This document shows, piece after piece, positions 49,870-58,539 of a stretch of 64,000 bases of DNA. This DNA comes from Thermoplasmatota archaeon. GTDB lineage: Archaea > Thermoplasmatota > E2 > DHVEG-1 > B18-G2. The stretch's first letter is position 1, and every line of letters begins with the position of its first letter. The stretch lies in assembly GCA_029259115.1 (NCBI GenBank), contig JAPDJO010000076.1:1-64000 (forward strand). Direction: 5' to 3'. The notes under the pieces were generated by a model, which was not told where the DNA came from, made no database searches, and saw only the letters and a program-made list of their open reading frames with translations. A program made the position numbers and the translations under genes.

Positions 49870-51579
49870 TTACTTATGTGCAAATATTCCTATGATTTTT
49901 TCTCCTTTTCTTTCTATTCTCACAAAACCAAACCTCTCGAATTGAACAATCTCACCATCTTTAACATTCTCGAGCGCTTTCTCTACAAATCCTTTTACCA
50001 CTTTCAAGCTATCTGGATTATATTTCTCTCCTATAAACAGAGGTCCTGGAATGAATATTGATAGCTCAAAATACTCTTCAGTTACCCACTGAATTTTTTC
50101 CAAATTCTTTATCAGCTTATCACCGGCAAACTCACCTTCAATATTTTCATTTTTCTTTAGGACTTTCACGTTGTATAGATCCTTCAATCTGAAGATATCT
50201 CCCTCCCTCATTCTATCAGCATCTTCTTTTGGTATGTAGAATATGGAACCAGTCTTCACTGTTCTGTAACCCATATCCTCAGTTGGGTGAAATCTTAACT
50301 TTTTCTCAAGATGCGGCGCACCCCTCACTCTTAGCCTTACTGGATCAGGAACGAAGAAGAATCTCCTAGAAAATTTGTCTATAATCTTTCTATTTACTGC
50401 TTCCAACTGATCAAAAGTAACTACAGATTCACTCTTTGATATCCCTTGAGACAAAACGAAAATTCTTATTGCATCAGGAACAATACCTCTCCTCCTCAAA
50501 CCTCTCAGTGTAGGTAATCTAAAATCATCATAACCACTTACCTTTCCTTCATCAATCAGAGGTTTTATTTTCCTCTTAGAAACAGGCATGCCTTCTATGG
50601 ATAATCTCGAAAATTCCATTAAATGAGGTTTCCTGAGACCAAGTTTATCCAGGAGATAGAAATACACCTCATCTCTTAATTCATACTCCTTTGTTCTGAA
50701 AGGATGGGTAACTCCAGATAAAGAGTCTTCAACAGCTCCAGCAAAATCATAAGTTGGCCAAACTCTATATTTGTCTCCTTGGATGGGATGTTCAGCATCT
50801 ACTATTCTAAAAAGCGTTGGATCTCTCATCGCTGTATTCTTACTCTTTAAGTCTCCTTTCAATCTCAAAACAGCCCTACCTTCTTCTATACTTCTATGCA
50901 TTTCTTTCCAGAGAGAAAAATTCTCCTCTTTACTCCTCTCTCTACATTCACATGGTACGCCTTTGAATCTATTTCTTCTTATAGTTTCCTGATCACATTT
51001 GCAGACATATGCGTCTCCTTGGGATATTAACTTCTCTGCAAGTCTATAATGCGTTGGAAGATTTGAGGAAGTGCAGTACTCCTTATCCCATTCTATGCCA
51101 AGCCACTCTAAGTCTTCTTTCTGAGCATCATAAAACTCGATACTCTCATTTTCAGGATTCGTATCGTCAAACCTGAGAATAAAGATACCATCATACATTC
51201 TAGCATATTCGTAATCTATGAATGCTGCCTTTGCATGTCCTATATGCAAATAACCATTCGGTTCCGGAGGAAATCTTGTAACAACTTTTCCAGGTTCTGC
51301 ATATGGCAGGGGAGGAAGCGAAATTTCTTTCTTCCTTTTTTCCTTGATCAAAAGTTTTGGATCTATTTCACTCAAAGCTTTTTTCTGCTCATCAATACTC
51401 AAGTTATTTATTTCCTTGACAACTCTTTCTACAATTTCCATCACAGACTTTATTTTATTCTTCAGATCTTTTCTTTCTGCTAGGATTTTCCCTATAACCG
51501 CTTTACTGTTTGCTTTCCCATCGTGCTGTAAAGCATTTTGTAACGCATACTTTTTTGCCAATCTCTCTATCTCTTCCAT
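49870..51579 (-). CDS. gltX: Glutamate--tRNA ligase
   Basis: RFPPEPNGYLHIGH, RFDDTNP, RDPTLFR, VSKRK. Confidence 0.95.
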   Translation of the reverse strand: MEEIERLAKKYALQNALQHDGKANSKAVIGKILAERKDLKNKIKSVMEIVERVVKEINNLSIDEQKKALSEIDPKLLIKEKRKKEISLPPLPYAEPGKVVTRFPPEPNGYLHIGHAKAAFIDYEYARMYDGIFILRFDDTNPENESIEFYDAQKEDLEWLGIEWDKEYCTSSNLPTHYRLAEKLISQGDAYVCKCDQETIRRNRFKGVPCECRERSKEENFSLWKEMHRSIEEGRAVLRLKGDLKSKNTAMRDPTLFRIVDAEHPIQGDKYRVWPTYDFAGAVEDSLSGVTHPFRTKEYELRDEVYFYLLDKLGLRKPHLMEFSRLSIEGMPVSKRKIKPLIDEGKVSGYDDFRLPTLRGLRRRGIVPDAIRIFVLSQGISKSESVVTFDQLEAVNRKIIDKFSRRFFFVPDPVRLRVRGAPHLEKKLRFHPTEDMGYRTVKTGSIFYIPKEDADRMREGDIFRLKDLYNVKVLKKNENIEGEFAGDKLIKNLEKIQWVTEEYFELSIFIPGPLFIGEKYNPDSLKVVKGFVEKALENVKDGEIVQFERFGFVRIERKGEKIIGIFAHK

Positions 51580-51580
51580 A

Positions 51581-52564
51581 TTACCTTCTTCTACTTATAC
51601 AGTAATCCACGAGTTCTTCCAGGTAATGCTTTGCATCATTATCTGGTAAAATTGAAAGACTTTGCTTGGCTCTCTTTGAAAATTCTATAGCCTTCTTTCT
51701 TGAGTAGTCTAGAGAGCCAATCCTCTCTAATATATCTATAACCTCCTTCACTTCCTCATCACTCGCATCTTTCTTACCCAGTACAGATAAAATCATCTTC
51801 TTCTCATCATCGTTCGCGTTTGACAAAGCGTGTATGATCATGAGAGTTTTCTTCCCTTCTCTTATATCATTCCCTATCTTTTTTCCAAACTCATTTTCTT
51901 CTCCTTTGAGATCAAGATAGTCATCCCATATCTGAAAGGCTAATCCAAAGAATCTTCCATAGGTCGATAAAGATCCTATTTCTTCTCCACTTCCTTTACC
52001 TATTATCGCTCCCCCTTCAGCTGAGCATGAAAAGAGCGCAGCAGTTTTTCTGTTTATCATATCAAAATATTCTTCTTCGCTGACATAATCTCTCTTCTCA
52101 AACTCCATATCTAATTCCTGACCCTCGCATATTTCCTCGATACATTTTGTCAGGAGAAAACACAATCTTCTGAAAGATTCCGAATCAATATCAAGATTGT
52201 GAAGAGATTCGTAAGATTTAGCAAAAAGAACATCTCCAGCTATTATTGCCGTTTCTTCTCCGAACTTTATATGAACAGTTTCTATACCTCTCCTTATAGG
52301 AGATCTATCCATTATATCATCATGAACCAGGGTAAAATTATGCATAAGTTCAAGAGATACAGAGAAGGGTATAGCTTTTCTCCAGTTACCACCAACAACT
52401 TCTGTTGATAGCATGGCTATCAAAGGTCTCAGTCTCTTACCCCCAGCTATAGGAAGATACCTCGCCGCTAAATAGAGATTTTCTGGCTTCTTTATCTCCA
52501 AAATTCCTTCTATTTCTTTATTGACCTCTCTTATTCTGTCACTGAATCTCTCTATTAAATCCAT
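51581..52564 (-). CDS. idsA: Geranylgeranyl diphosphate synthase (polyprenyl synthetase)
   Basis: GGKRLRP, LVHDDIMD..RRG, GQELD, KTAALF, FQIWDDYLD. Confidence 0.92.
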   Translation of the reverse strand: MDLIERFSDRIREVNKEIEGILEIKKPENLYLAARYLPIAGGKRLRPLIAMLSTEVVGGNWRKAIPFSVSLELMHNFTLVHDDIMDRSPIRRGIETVHIKFGEETAIIAGDVLFAKSYESLHNLDIDSESFRRLCFLLTKCIEEICEGQELDMEFEKRDYVSEEEYFDMINRKTAALFSCSAEGGAIIGKGSGEEIGSLSTYGRFFGLAFQIWDDYLDLKGEENEFGKKIGNDIREGKKTLMIIHALSNANDDEKKMILSVLGKKDASDEEVKEVIDILERIGSLDYSRKKAIEFSKRAKQSLSILPDNDAKHYLEELVDYCISRRR

Positions 52565-53595
52565 AGCTCCACCTCCGCGGATTTCAAATCATCAACATCT
52601 TTAGCACCAACGAGAAACATTGCTGATCGCAATTCTTCTATTATGGCGTGCATCTCTCTCATTGCACTATCTAAGCCTCTGACAGCTTGTTTCAATATTA
52701 CATATGCTATACCTGCGCAGTCTGCTCCAAGAGCAATGGCTTTTGCAACATCCAGACCATTCCTTATTCCACCTGTGGCAATTATTTCTACCTTATCCTT
52801 TACAACATCAGCCACCTCAATTAGAGATAATGGAGTTGGTATTCCCCAATCCCAGAATGTCTTACCCAACCTCTCATATAGCCAATCATTCATCTTCTTT
52901 GCCCTGTAATATTCTATGGCAGCAAAGCTAGTTCCACCATATCCTCCAACGTCTATAGCAGAGATGTCTAGTTTTGCTAATCTTCTTGCGACATCTCCTG
53001 ATATTCCTGCTCCTGTCTCCTTTACTATTACAGGGATATCAAACTCCTTTGTTATTATCTCTATAGAGTTCATGCAACCCTTTGCATACGCTTCTCCCTC
53101 GGGCTGTATTATCTCCTGTAAAAAGTTGAGACAAATAGCTAGAGCATCAGCATCTATCATTTTGATAATCTCATCTATGCTTCTTATCAGCTCTTTCTTG
53201 TTCCATCTCACTATCTGAGATGCACCTATATTCGCAATTTTTAGGGGTATGTCAAAATCTTTTATTATTCCATATGTATCTTCCAAACTCTTATTTTCGA
53301 GGGCAGACCTTTGTGAGCCAACACCCATCCCTATTTGGTAATTCTCTGCCACTTTCGCCAAAACCTCATTTATCTTTTTTCCACCTCGGTACCCTCCGGT
53401 CATGCCGGATATTATTATTGGTGCTTTCAGCTTTTTCTCCAGAAATCTTGTTGAGATATCGATATCATCTATATCTATCTCTGGTAGGGCATTGTGTATA
53501 AGCCTGACATCATCCCAAAAGTTGTAGCTGGCTCTAACATCTTCATTGATTGCTATATCAACATGCTCCGCCTTCCTTCTCTCGGTTTGATTCAT
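52555..53595 (-). CDS. fni: Type 2 isopentenyl-diphosphate delta-isomerase
   Basis: RKAEH, MTGG, GVGSQR, NFLQE..QPEG, VKETGAG, GGTSF, TGGIRNG. Confidence 0.95.
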   Translation of the reverse strand: MNQTERRKAEHVDIAINEDVRASYNFWDDVRLIHNALPEIDIDDIDISTRFLEKKLKAPIIISGMTGGYRGGKKINEVLAKVAENYQIGMGVGSQRSALENKSLEDTYGIIKDFDIPLKIANIGASQIVRWNKKELIRSIDEIIKMIDADALAICLNFLQEIIQPEGEAYAKGCMNSIEIITKEFDIPVIVKETGAGISGDVARRLAKLDISAIDVGGYGGTSFAAIEYYRAKKMNDWLYERLGKTFWDWGIPTPLSLIEVADVVKDKVEIIATGGIRNGLDVAKAIALGADCAGIAYVILKQAVRGLDSAMREMHAIIEELRSAMFLVGAKDVDDLKSAEVELWI

Positions 53596-53597
53596 AT

Positions 53598-54368
53598 TTA
53601 CCCTCCAATTACAAGAGTTCCTTTCACTTTTTTACCAGTCAGAGAACCGAATAATCTATCTCTCTTATTACCATTTACAACCAAAACATCGATATCCTCT
53701 TTTGCTATCTCTCTAATGACCTCTATCTTACCCCCCATACCACCAGTCACATCAGTATATATGCTTTTCTCTGCAACAGGTAAATCATCGTATTTTATCT
53801 CTCTAAGGAGCTTTGCATCTTTGTATTTTTTTGGGTCTTTATCAAATATGCCATCCTCATCTATAACAAAGATAACCTTTTCTGGTTTAAAATATCTGGA
53901 TAAATTTAAGACAAGAATATCTCCAGAACATATAGAAAATCCAAGCTCATCATCAAAAACTATATCGCCGAACGTTACCGGTGTTAAACCTATACTTATT
54001 GATTCTTCGAAGCACTTCAGATCGATGTATTTTAATTTCCCGTTGTTCATTTCTACAAAGGAGAGCGGAGGTAGAGATACAGAAAAAATATCATGGTTGT
54101 ATAGAGAACTCATCACAATTTGATTCAATATCCTAACACTGCTATGAGTGATGTGAAAACCTTTAAGTTGATTCCTGCTTTTGAAACCCCTATCGAGTTT
54201 GTATTCTTTCGCATGAATGTGCCCAAAAGATCCGGCGCCATGCACAAGTATTATCTCTTTTTTTGATTTTTTTATCTCTCGAACCAATCTATCTATAACC
54301 TTTTTCCTAGCTCTATTTTCTCTCTTTTTATCTGTTATTACGCTTCCTCCCAACTTTACGATGATCAT
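53598..54368 (-). CDS. ipk: Isopentenyl phosphate kinase
   Basis: KLGGSVITDK, HGAGSFGH, SGD, DVTGGMGGK. Confidence 0.93.
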   Translation of the reverse strand: MIIVKLGGSVITDKKRENRARKKVIDRLVREIKKSKKEIILVHGAGSFGHIHAKEYKLDRGFKSRNQLKGFHITHSSVRILNQIVMSSLYNHDIFSVSLPPLSFVEMNNGKLKYIDLKCFEESISIGLTPVTFGDIVFDDELGFSICSGDILVLNLSRYFKPEKVIFVIDEDGIFDKDPKKYKDAKLLREIKYDDLPVAEKSIYTDVTGGMGGKIEVIREIAKEDIDVLVVNGNKRDRLFGSLTGKKVKGTLVIGG

Positions 54369-54477
54369 CCTCTATGCATAGGTTTTTTTGATAATAGTTT
54401 TTTGTTGAGACCACGTTCTACCAAAGGTTTTTAAAGGTGAACTTGACATATATATTAGGTGGAGGCAAATTAGAGAA

Positions 54478-54864
54478 ATGTTAGAGAATAAAAAGATAGA
54501 TCTGTTAAAAGATATTTTAAGCAAGGGTAGAGAAGAGTTGATGGTATGTCCAGAGTGTGGCGCTCATGTAACTATTGTTCAACTTCCACCTAGATATGGG
54601 CCATATGGCGTAGTCTATGATACCTATCTAGAATGCAGCAAATGCAATTTCAAAATGAAGGTAAATTCCTATACTCTGTATGGTGCTGTTAAAGACTACG
54701 ACGAGAAAACCATTGAAATAAGTAGTTGGTCTGATATGGGCAGTAGAGAGGTTAACAGATTCTATCATGTTCTTGATGAAAACTTACTAAAAAAACTCAA
54801 AGAAAGCGGGGATCTAGTTGAATTCCTTGTAGTTAATGATGTAGTTTTACTCGTTGTGGGCTAG
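54478..54864 (+). CDS. Hypothetical zinc-ribbon protein
   Basis: CPECG...CSKC; GGAGG SD. Confidence 0.7.
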   Translation: MLENKKIDLLKDILSKGREELMVCPECGAHVTIVQLPPRYGPYGVVYDTYLECSKCNFKMKVNSYTLYGAVKDYDEKTIEISSWSDMGSREVNRFYHVLDENLLKKLKESGDLVEFLVVNDVVLLVVG

Positions 54865-54995
54865 AGACCTTCCGTGGACAAAAGAACAGCTAGATTTATC
54901 AGCGTAAGTATACTGAGTATTCCCACAAAGGGGCTTAAGAATAGCAAAGTAATCCATAGAAATAATAGGGTTTTAGCGGTCCTATAACCATGCAT
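54861..54995 (-). CDS. Small 44-aa membrane protein (below the ORF-track cutoff)
   Basis: MHGYRTAKTLLFLWITLLFLSPFVGILSILTLINLAVLLSTEGL, preceded by GAGGAGGGG. Confidence 0.55.
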   Translation of the reverse strand: MHGYRTAKTLLFLWITLLFLSPFVGILSILTLINLAVLLSTEGL

Positions 54996-55077
54996 TTTAG
55001 CCCCTCCTCACACTTTAATGATCAACTAAATAATATAGCAATTATTATATTAAAACTTGTGAAAGATAATTATAGAG

Positions 55078-55317
55078 CTAATCTCCATCCAGAAGCCCAA
55101 GAGCTTTTCCACTTAGAACATAGATCTTTGCACCACTCTGCTTGTAACAGCCAAGTATGCATTTGCTGCACTTCTTGTCGCAACTTATCTCTACAAGATA
55201 TCCATCATTGATCAAACTATCTACTATTGCTGAGAACAACTCTTCACTAATGCCTGTATCTTTTATTGATGCAATCTTATCCTTCCTTTCTCTTATACCT
55301 TCGAGAATCTTTCTCAC
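55078..55317 (-). CDS. FeoC-like winged-helix Fe-S protein
   Basis: ILEGI..GISEELFSAIVDSLINDGYL followed by CDKKCSKCILGC; likely GTG start at 55317 next to the IS end. Confidence 0.6.
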   Translation of the reverse strand: MRKILEGIRERKDKIASIKDTGISEELFSAIVDSLINDGYLVEISCDKKCSKCILGCYKQSGAKIYVLSGKALGLLDGD

Positions 55318-55324
55318 TACAGTT

Positions 55325-56163
55325 GGTGTATCAACATTAGTCCGAAAGAATAAAAATAATTGCACCCCATTCCCTCCATTGTATACCACCTCAAGCAAAA
55401 GAGGGATGGGGTGCAATTATTAAGAGAATTGTTGAGAGAAAAATCTATCGTTATAAGAGAAAGAACACCTGTAGAGATTATCCTCTACAGCGTGTTTCTT
55501 CATCTCTTTGGTCAGTCTTTCAGGAAGGTATCTTCTACGATAGAACCTTTCATAAAGAGAAGCAGAACATTTGTATGGGAATGGGTGCACAAACTCGGAG
55601 ATATCTTGAGAGACTGTTACTCTGACAGATTACCAGAGGTTGTTGCGATAGATGAAACTTCCCTCGAAGTAGGAGATATACCTCTATGGTTCTGGTTTGT
55701 CATTGATCCTGAGAGTAGGAAACTGGTGTTTTTCATGATAACAAGGAGTAGAACAAATCTAGCATGTAAAAAACTTGTGCGAGGGATACAGAGAATGTAT
55801 GGATGTCTACCATCTGTTGCTATAACAGATGGTGGTTCGTGGTATCTCGTGCTGAGAAGGTATGGTATAGAGCATAAGATTGTATCTGGTGGAGTGAGAA
55901 ATTACATTGAAAGATTAATAGAAATGGTCAAGGACAGGACAAGAGTGTTCGATAATTACTTCCCAAGTGAGAGATGGAAAGTAGGGCGTGTTTACAGATG
56001 GTTGAACCTGTATGCATTTTATTATAACTGGGTCAGAAGTCATCTGACCTTGCATAGACTCTCACCAGTTTTCTATGAGAGAGGAGTAGATGTTAAGAAT
56101 GAATTTGGGAGGTTTACCATAGCATTGCGGGAGGTGCTCCGCAATGCTTAAGTTGACAGCATC
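55325..56163 (+). mobile_element. IS6-family insertion sequence; transposase about 55411-56151
   Basis: SRTFVWEWV, VAIDET, ITDGGSWY, RNYIER (DDE residues present), YNWVRSH. Degenerate ends ggtgtatcaac / gttgacagcatc. Confidence 0.85.
55355..55421. repeat. 21-bp inverted repeat (1-nt bulge, 24-nt loop) covering the transposase SD and start
   Basis: aataattgcaccccattccctc (55355-55376) pairs with gagggatggggtgcaattatt (55401-55421). Confidence 0.9.
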
Positions 56164-56188
56164 TAAAAAGTAGATAAAAATTTAACTA

Positions 56189-56262
56189 CGGGCTCGAGGG
56201 GATTCGAACCCCTGACCAACAGGTTAAGAGCCTGTCGCTCTACCTGGCTGAGCTACGAGCCC
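56189..56262 (-). tRNA. tRNA-Lys(CUU), no intron, CCA not encoded
   Basis: GGGCTCG/CGAGCCC acceptor stem; anticodon arm ACAGG-CT-CTT-AA-CCTGT; T-loop GGTTCGAATCC. Confidence 0.96.
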
Positions 56263-56346
56263 CAAGCGCTATCAGAGAATAACAGAAGTATATATAGATA
56301 TTACGTTAAAAGGAGATTGTTACGAAAATTAACACTAAAATCATTC

Positions 56347-57000
56347 TCATCCGTCAAGTAAAGATATATACTTCTTATCTACAAAATCCGTAACATACAC
56401 ATCCTTCCCAGCTTTATAGATTTTTACACCATCTTCCCTGGCTTTTTTTGCATCTATCTTAAGTATGACAGGTTTATCTGTTCTCACCTTCCCAGCCTCT
56501 ATTGCTTTCTCTATGCTCCCGCTGAGGTGAACCTTCCTTCTATCACTAGGATGCAAGCCACTTTCTAAAATAAATTCTAATTCCTCCTTGGTTACAGGAT
56601 AATATAAAATATCCACATCAGCCTCAGGTAAGTCATCTAGTTTTACTTCTATGGTGTGACCATATGTAGCTCTTATCATTCCACCATATATTTGATATCT
56701 GCCTTTTGGATCAGTTTCAACCAATGCTCTGAGATGTTCCTCTCTTAACCACTGAAAGCCAGATCTGCTTATTTTCAAAGCATCCAGTAGTTCTTTTATA
56801 TCTACCCATCCTCTTCCATCTATCTTCAAGTTTAACTTATCCGGAAAATGCCTCAATAATCCAGCTAACAACCTGCCGAGAATATCTATCTCCTTGTCAC
56901 TCATCAAAAATTTTCCCTTCTTTCCGCACTTGGGGCAGAATTCACCTCTATAGTAACCATGGTCTGGGCATGTTGCAAGCATCCTTTCAGGTAATGACAA
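56347..57000 (-). CDS. kptA: RNA 2'-phosphotransferase (Tpt1/KptA)
   Basis: N-terminal CPDHGYYRG..CPKC, LLRHFP, KGRYQ, IRATYGHT, RRKVHLS. Confidence 0.9.
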   Translation of the reverse strand: MSLPERMLATCPDHGYYRGEFCPKCGKKGKFLMSDKEIDILGRLLAGLLRHFPDKLNLKIDGRGWVDIKELLDALKISRSGFQWLREEHLRALVETDPKGRYQIYGGMIRATYGHTIEVKLDDLPEADVDILYYPVTKEELEFILESGLHPSDRRKVHLSGSIEKAIEAGKVRTDKPVILKIDAKKAREDGVKIYKAGKDVYVTDFVDKKYISLLDG

Positions 57001-57065
57001 TCTATGGTATAAATTTTTGTACCAAAGTTAGATACCTAATTGGTGTTAAATTGGACAGAGAGGAG

Positions 57066-57737
57066 ATGAAAAGATTAGCTGCTGAGAAAGCTCTAGATTA
57101 CATAGAGGATGGTATGATTATAGGAATAGGAACAGGCTCGACCGTCGAATACTTCATACCAAAGCTTGGAGAGAAGATAAAGAAGGAAAAATTGAGTATC
57201 ATAGGCATACCAACCTCACATAGAACAAAAAATCTTGCCAGAGAGTACGAAATCCCGCTTTCTACTTTGAAGGATCACCCAGAGATAGATGTCACTATCG
57301 ATGGTGCCGATGAAGTAGACCCAGAACTTAATCTGATAAAGGGCGGCGGCGGTGCATTAACCAGAGAAAAGATAGTTGCCTTCTCTTCAAAAAAAGAAAT
57401 CATAATAGTTGATGAATCAAAGCTTGTTCAGAAATTAGGAGTGTCTTTTCCTCTCCCTATTGAGGTTATACCATTTGGATGGTATCCAACCAAGCTAAAG
57501 ATAGAAGAGAGGTTTGATTGTAAAGCTGAGCTGAGAATGAGCAATGAAGGTCCTTTTACATCAGACAACATGAACTATATATTGGACTGTGAATTTTCAT
57601 CCGGGATAGAGGATCCAGAAGACCTCGAAAAAGAGTTAGATCGTATACCAGGTATAGTTGAAACCGGTTTATTCGTCAATCTTGCAGATATCGTTATAGC
57701 TGGAACCAGAGAGGGCATAAAGATATTTGAAAAGTGA
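57066..57737 (+). CDS. rpiA: Ribose-5-phosphate isomerase A
   Basis: IGTGST, DGADEVD, IKGGGGALTREK, PGIVETGLF; start near 57066. Confidence 0.95.
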   Translation: MKRLAAEKALDYIEDGMIIGIGTGSTVEYFIPKLGEKIKKEKLSIIGIPTSHRTKNLAREYEIPLSTLKDHPEIDVTIDGADEVDPELNLIKGGGGALTREKIVAFSSKKEIIIVDESKLVQKLGVSFPLPIEVIPFGWYPTKLKIEERFDCKAELRMSNEGPFTSDNMNYILDCEFSSGIEDPEDLEKELDRIPGIVETGLFVNLADIVIAGTREGIKIFEK

Positions 57738-57741
57738 TTAG

Positions 57742-58347
57742 ATGAACAGTTTCGATTACTGGTTTAGAAGATCAGCCCACATATTTGCAACAACATTCAT
57801 ATCTTATTATTTTCTTCCAGATAGCGGTTACATTGGAATCCTAAAGAGGATAATCGTTCTTTCTCTGCTAATCATCTTTATAGTATTTGATATAGCGAGG
57901 CTAAAAAGAAAGAGATACAAATTGACTGGATTAAGGGATTACGAGGAGAATAGAATCGGGAGCTACGTATATTTTGGTATAGGAACATCTATACTACTTT
58001 TGCTTTTTCCACAGCAAATAGCTATCCCATGTATAGTTTCTGCGGCACTCGCGGATCCTGTGGCTGGAGAGCTAAGGAAGATCAATCTAAAACTATCTTA
58101 CTTAATCGTTTTCATGCTCTCTTTTTTCATCTTCTACTCAACTTGGTTAACATCTCCATATGCAATCTTAATATCTGTAATCTCATCTCTTTCACTAACA
58201 CTCAGTGAACTCAAAAAGTTTAGATATCTAGACGATGACCTGCTCATGCAAATAGTTCCTGCACTCACAATATTGATATTCTATTTAGTCCTTGGAAAAG
58301 AGATCATGCCGAGAGAGATTATCTTTCCCCTCTTGGAGGTGAGATGA
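57742..58347 (+). CDS. Dolichol/phytol kinase-like (CTP-dependent) membrane protein
   Basis: RRSAH, LRDYE, ALADPVAG, LDDDL. Confidence 0.75.
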   Translation: MNSFDYWFRRSAHIFATTFISYYFLPDSGYIGILKRIIVLSLLIIFIVFDIARLKRKRYKLTGLRDYEENRIGSYVYFGIGTSILLLLFPQQIAIPCIVSAALADPVAGELRKINLKLSYLIVFMLSFFIFYSTWLTSPYAILISVISSLSLTLSELKKFRYLDDDLLMQIVPALTILIFYLVLGKEIMPREIIFPLLEVR

Positions 58348-58539
58348 TTGAATAGATATAGGTTTCTCTCCATAGTCCTTGTAATCTCACCTATACTTCT
58401 CTCTATAGCTTTAGTCAAGGAGTATATAAGGTACGGCTTAATAGAAAATCTCCTTCTTTCTTTACCTATATTATTCCTAACACTCGCATTTTCTGTACCA
58501 TTAATCAAATCCCTTTTAACCTATAGAGAGCAGGCATAA
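58348..58539 (+). CDS. Small two-TM hypothetical protein
   Basis: GGAGGTGA SD; abuts the upstream gene; hydrophobic. Confidence 0.5.
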   Translation: MNRYRFLSIVLVISPILLSIALVKEYIRYGLIENLLLSLPILFLTLAFSVPLIKSLLTYREQA

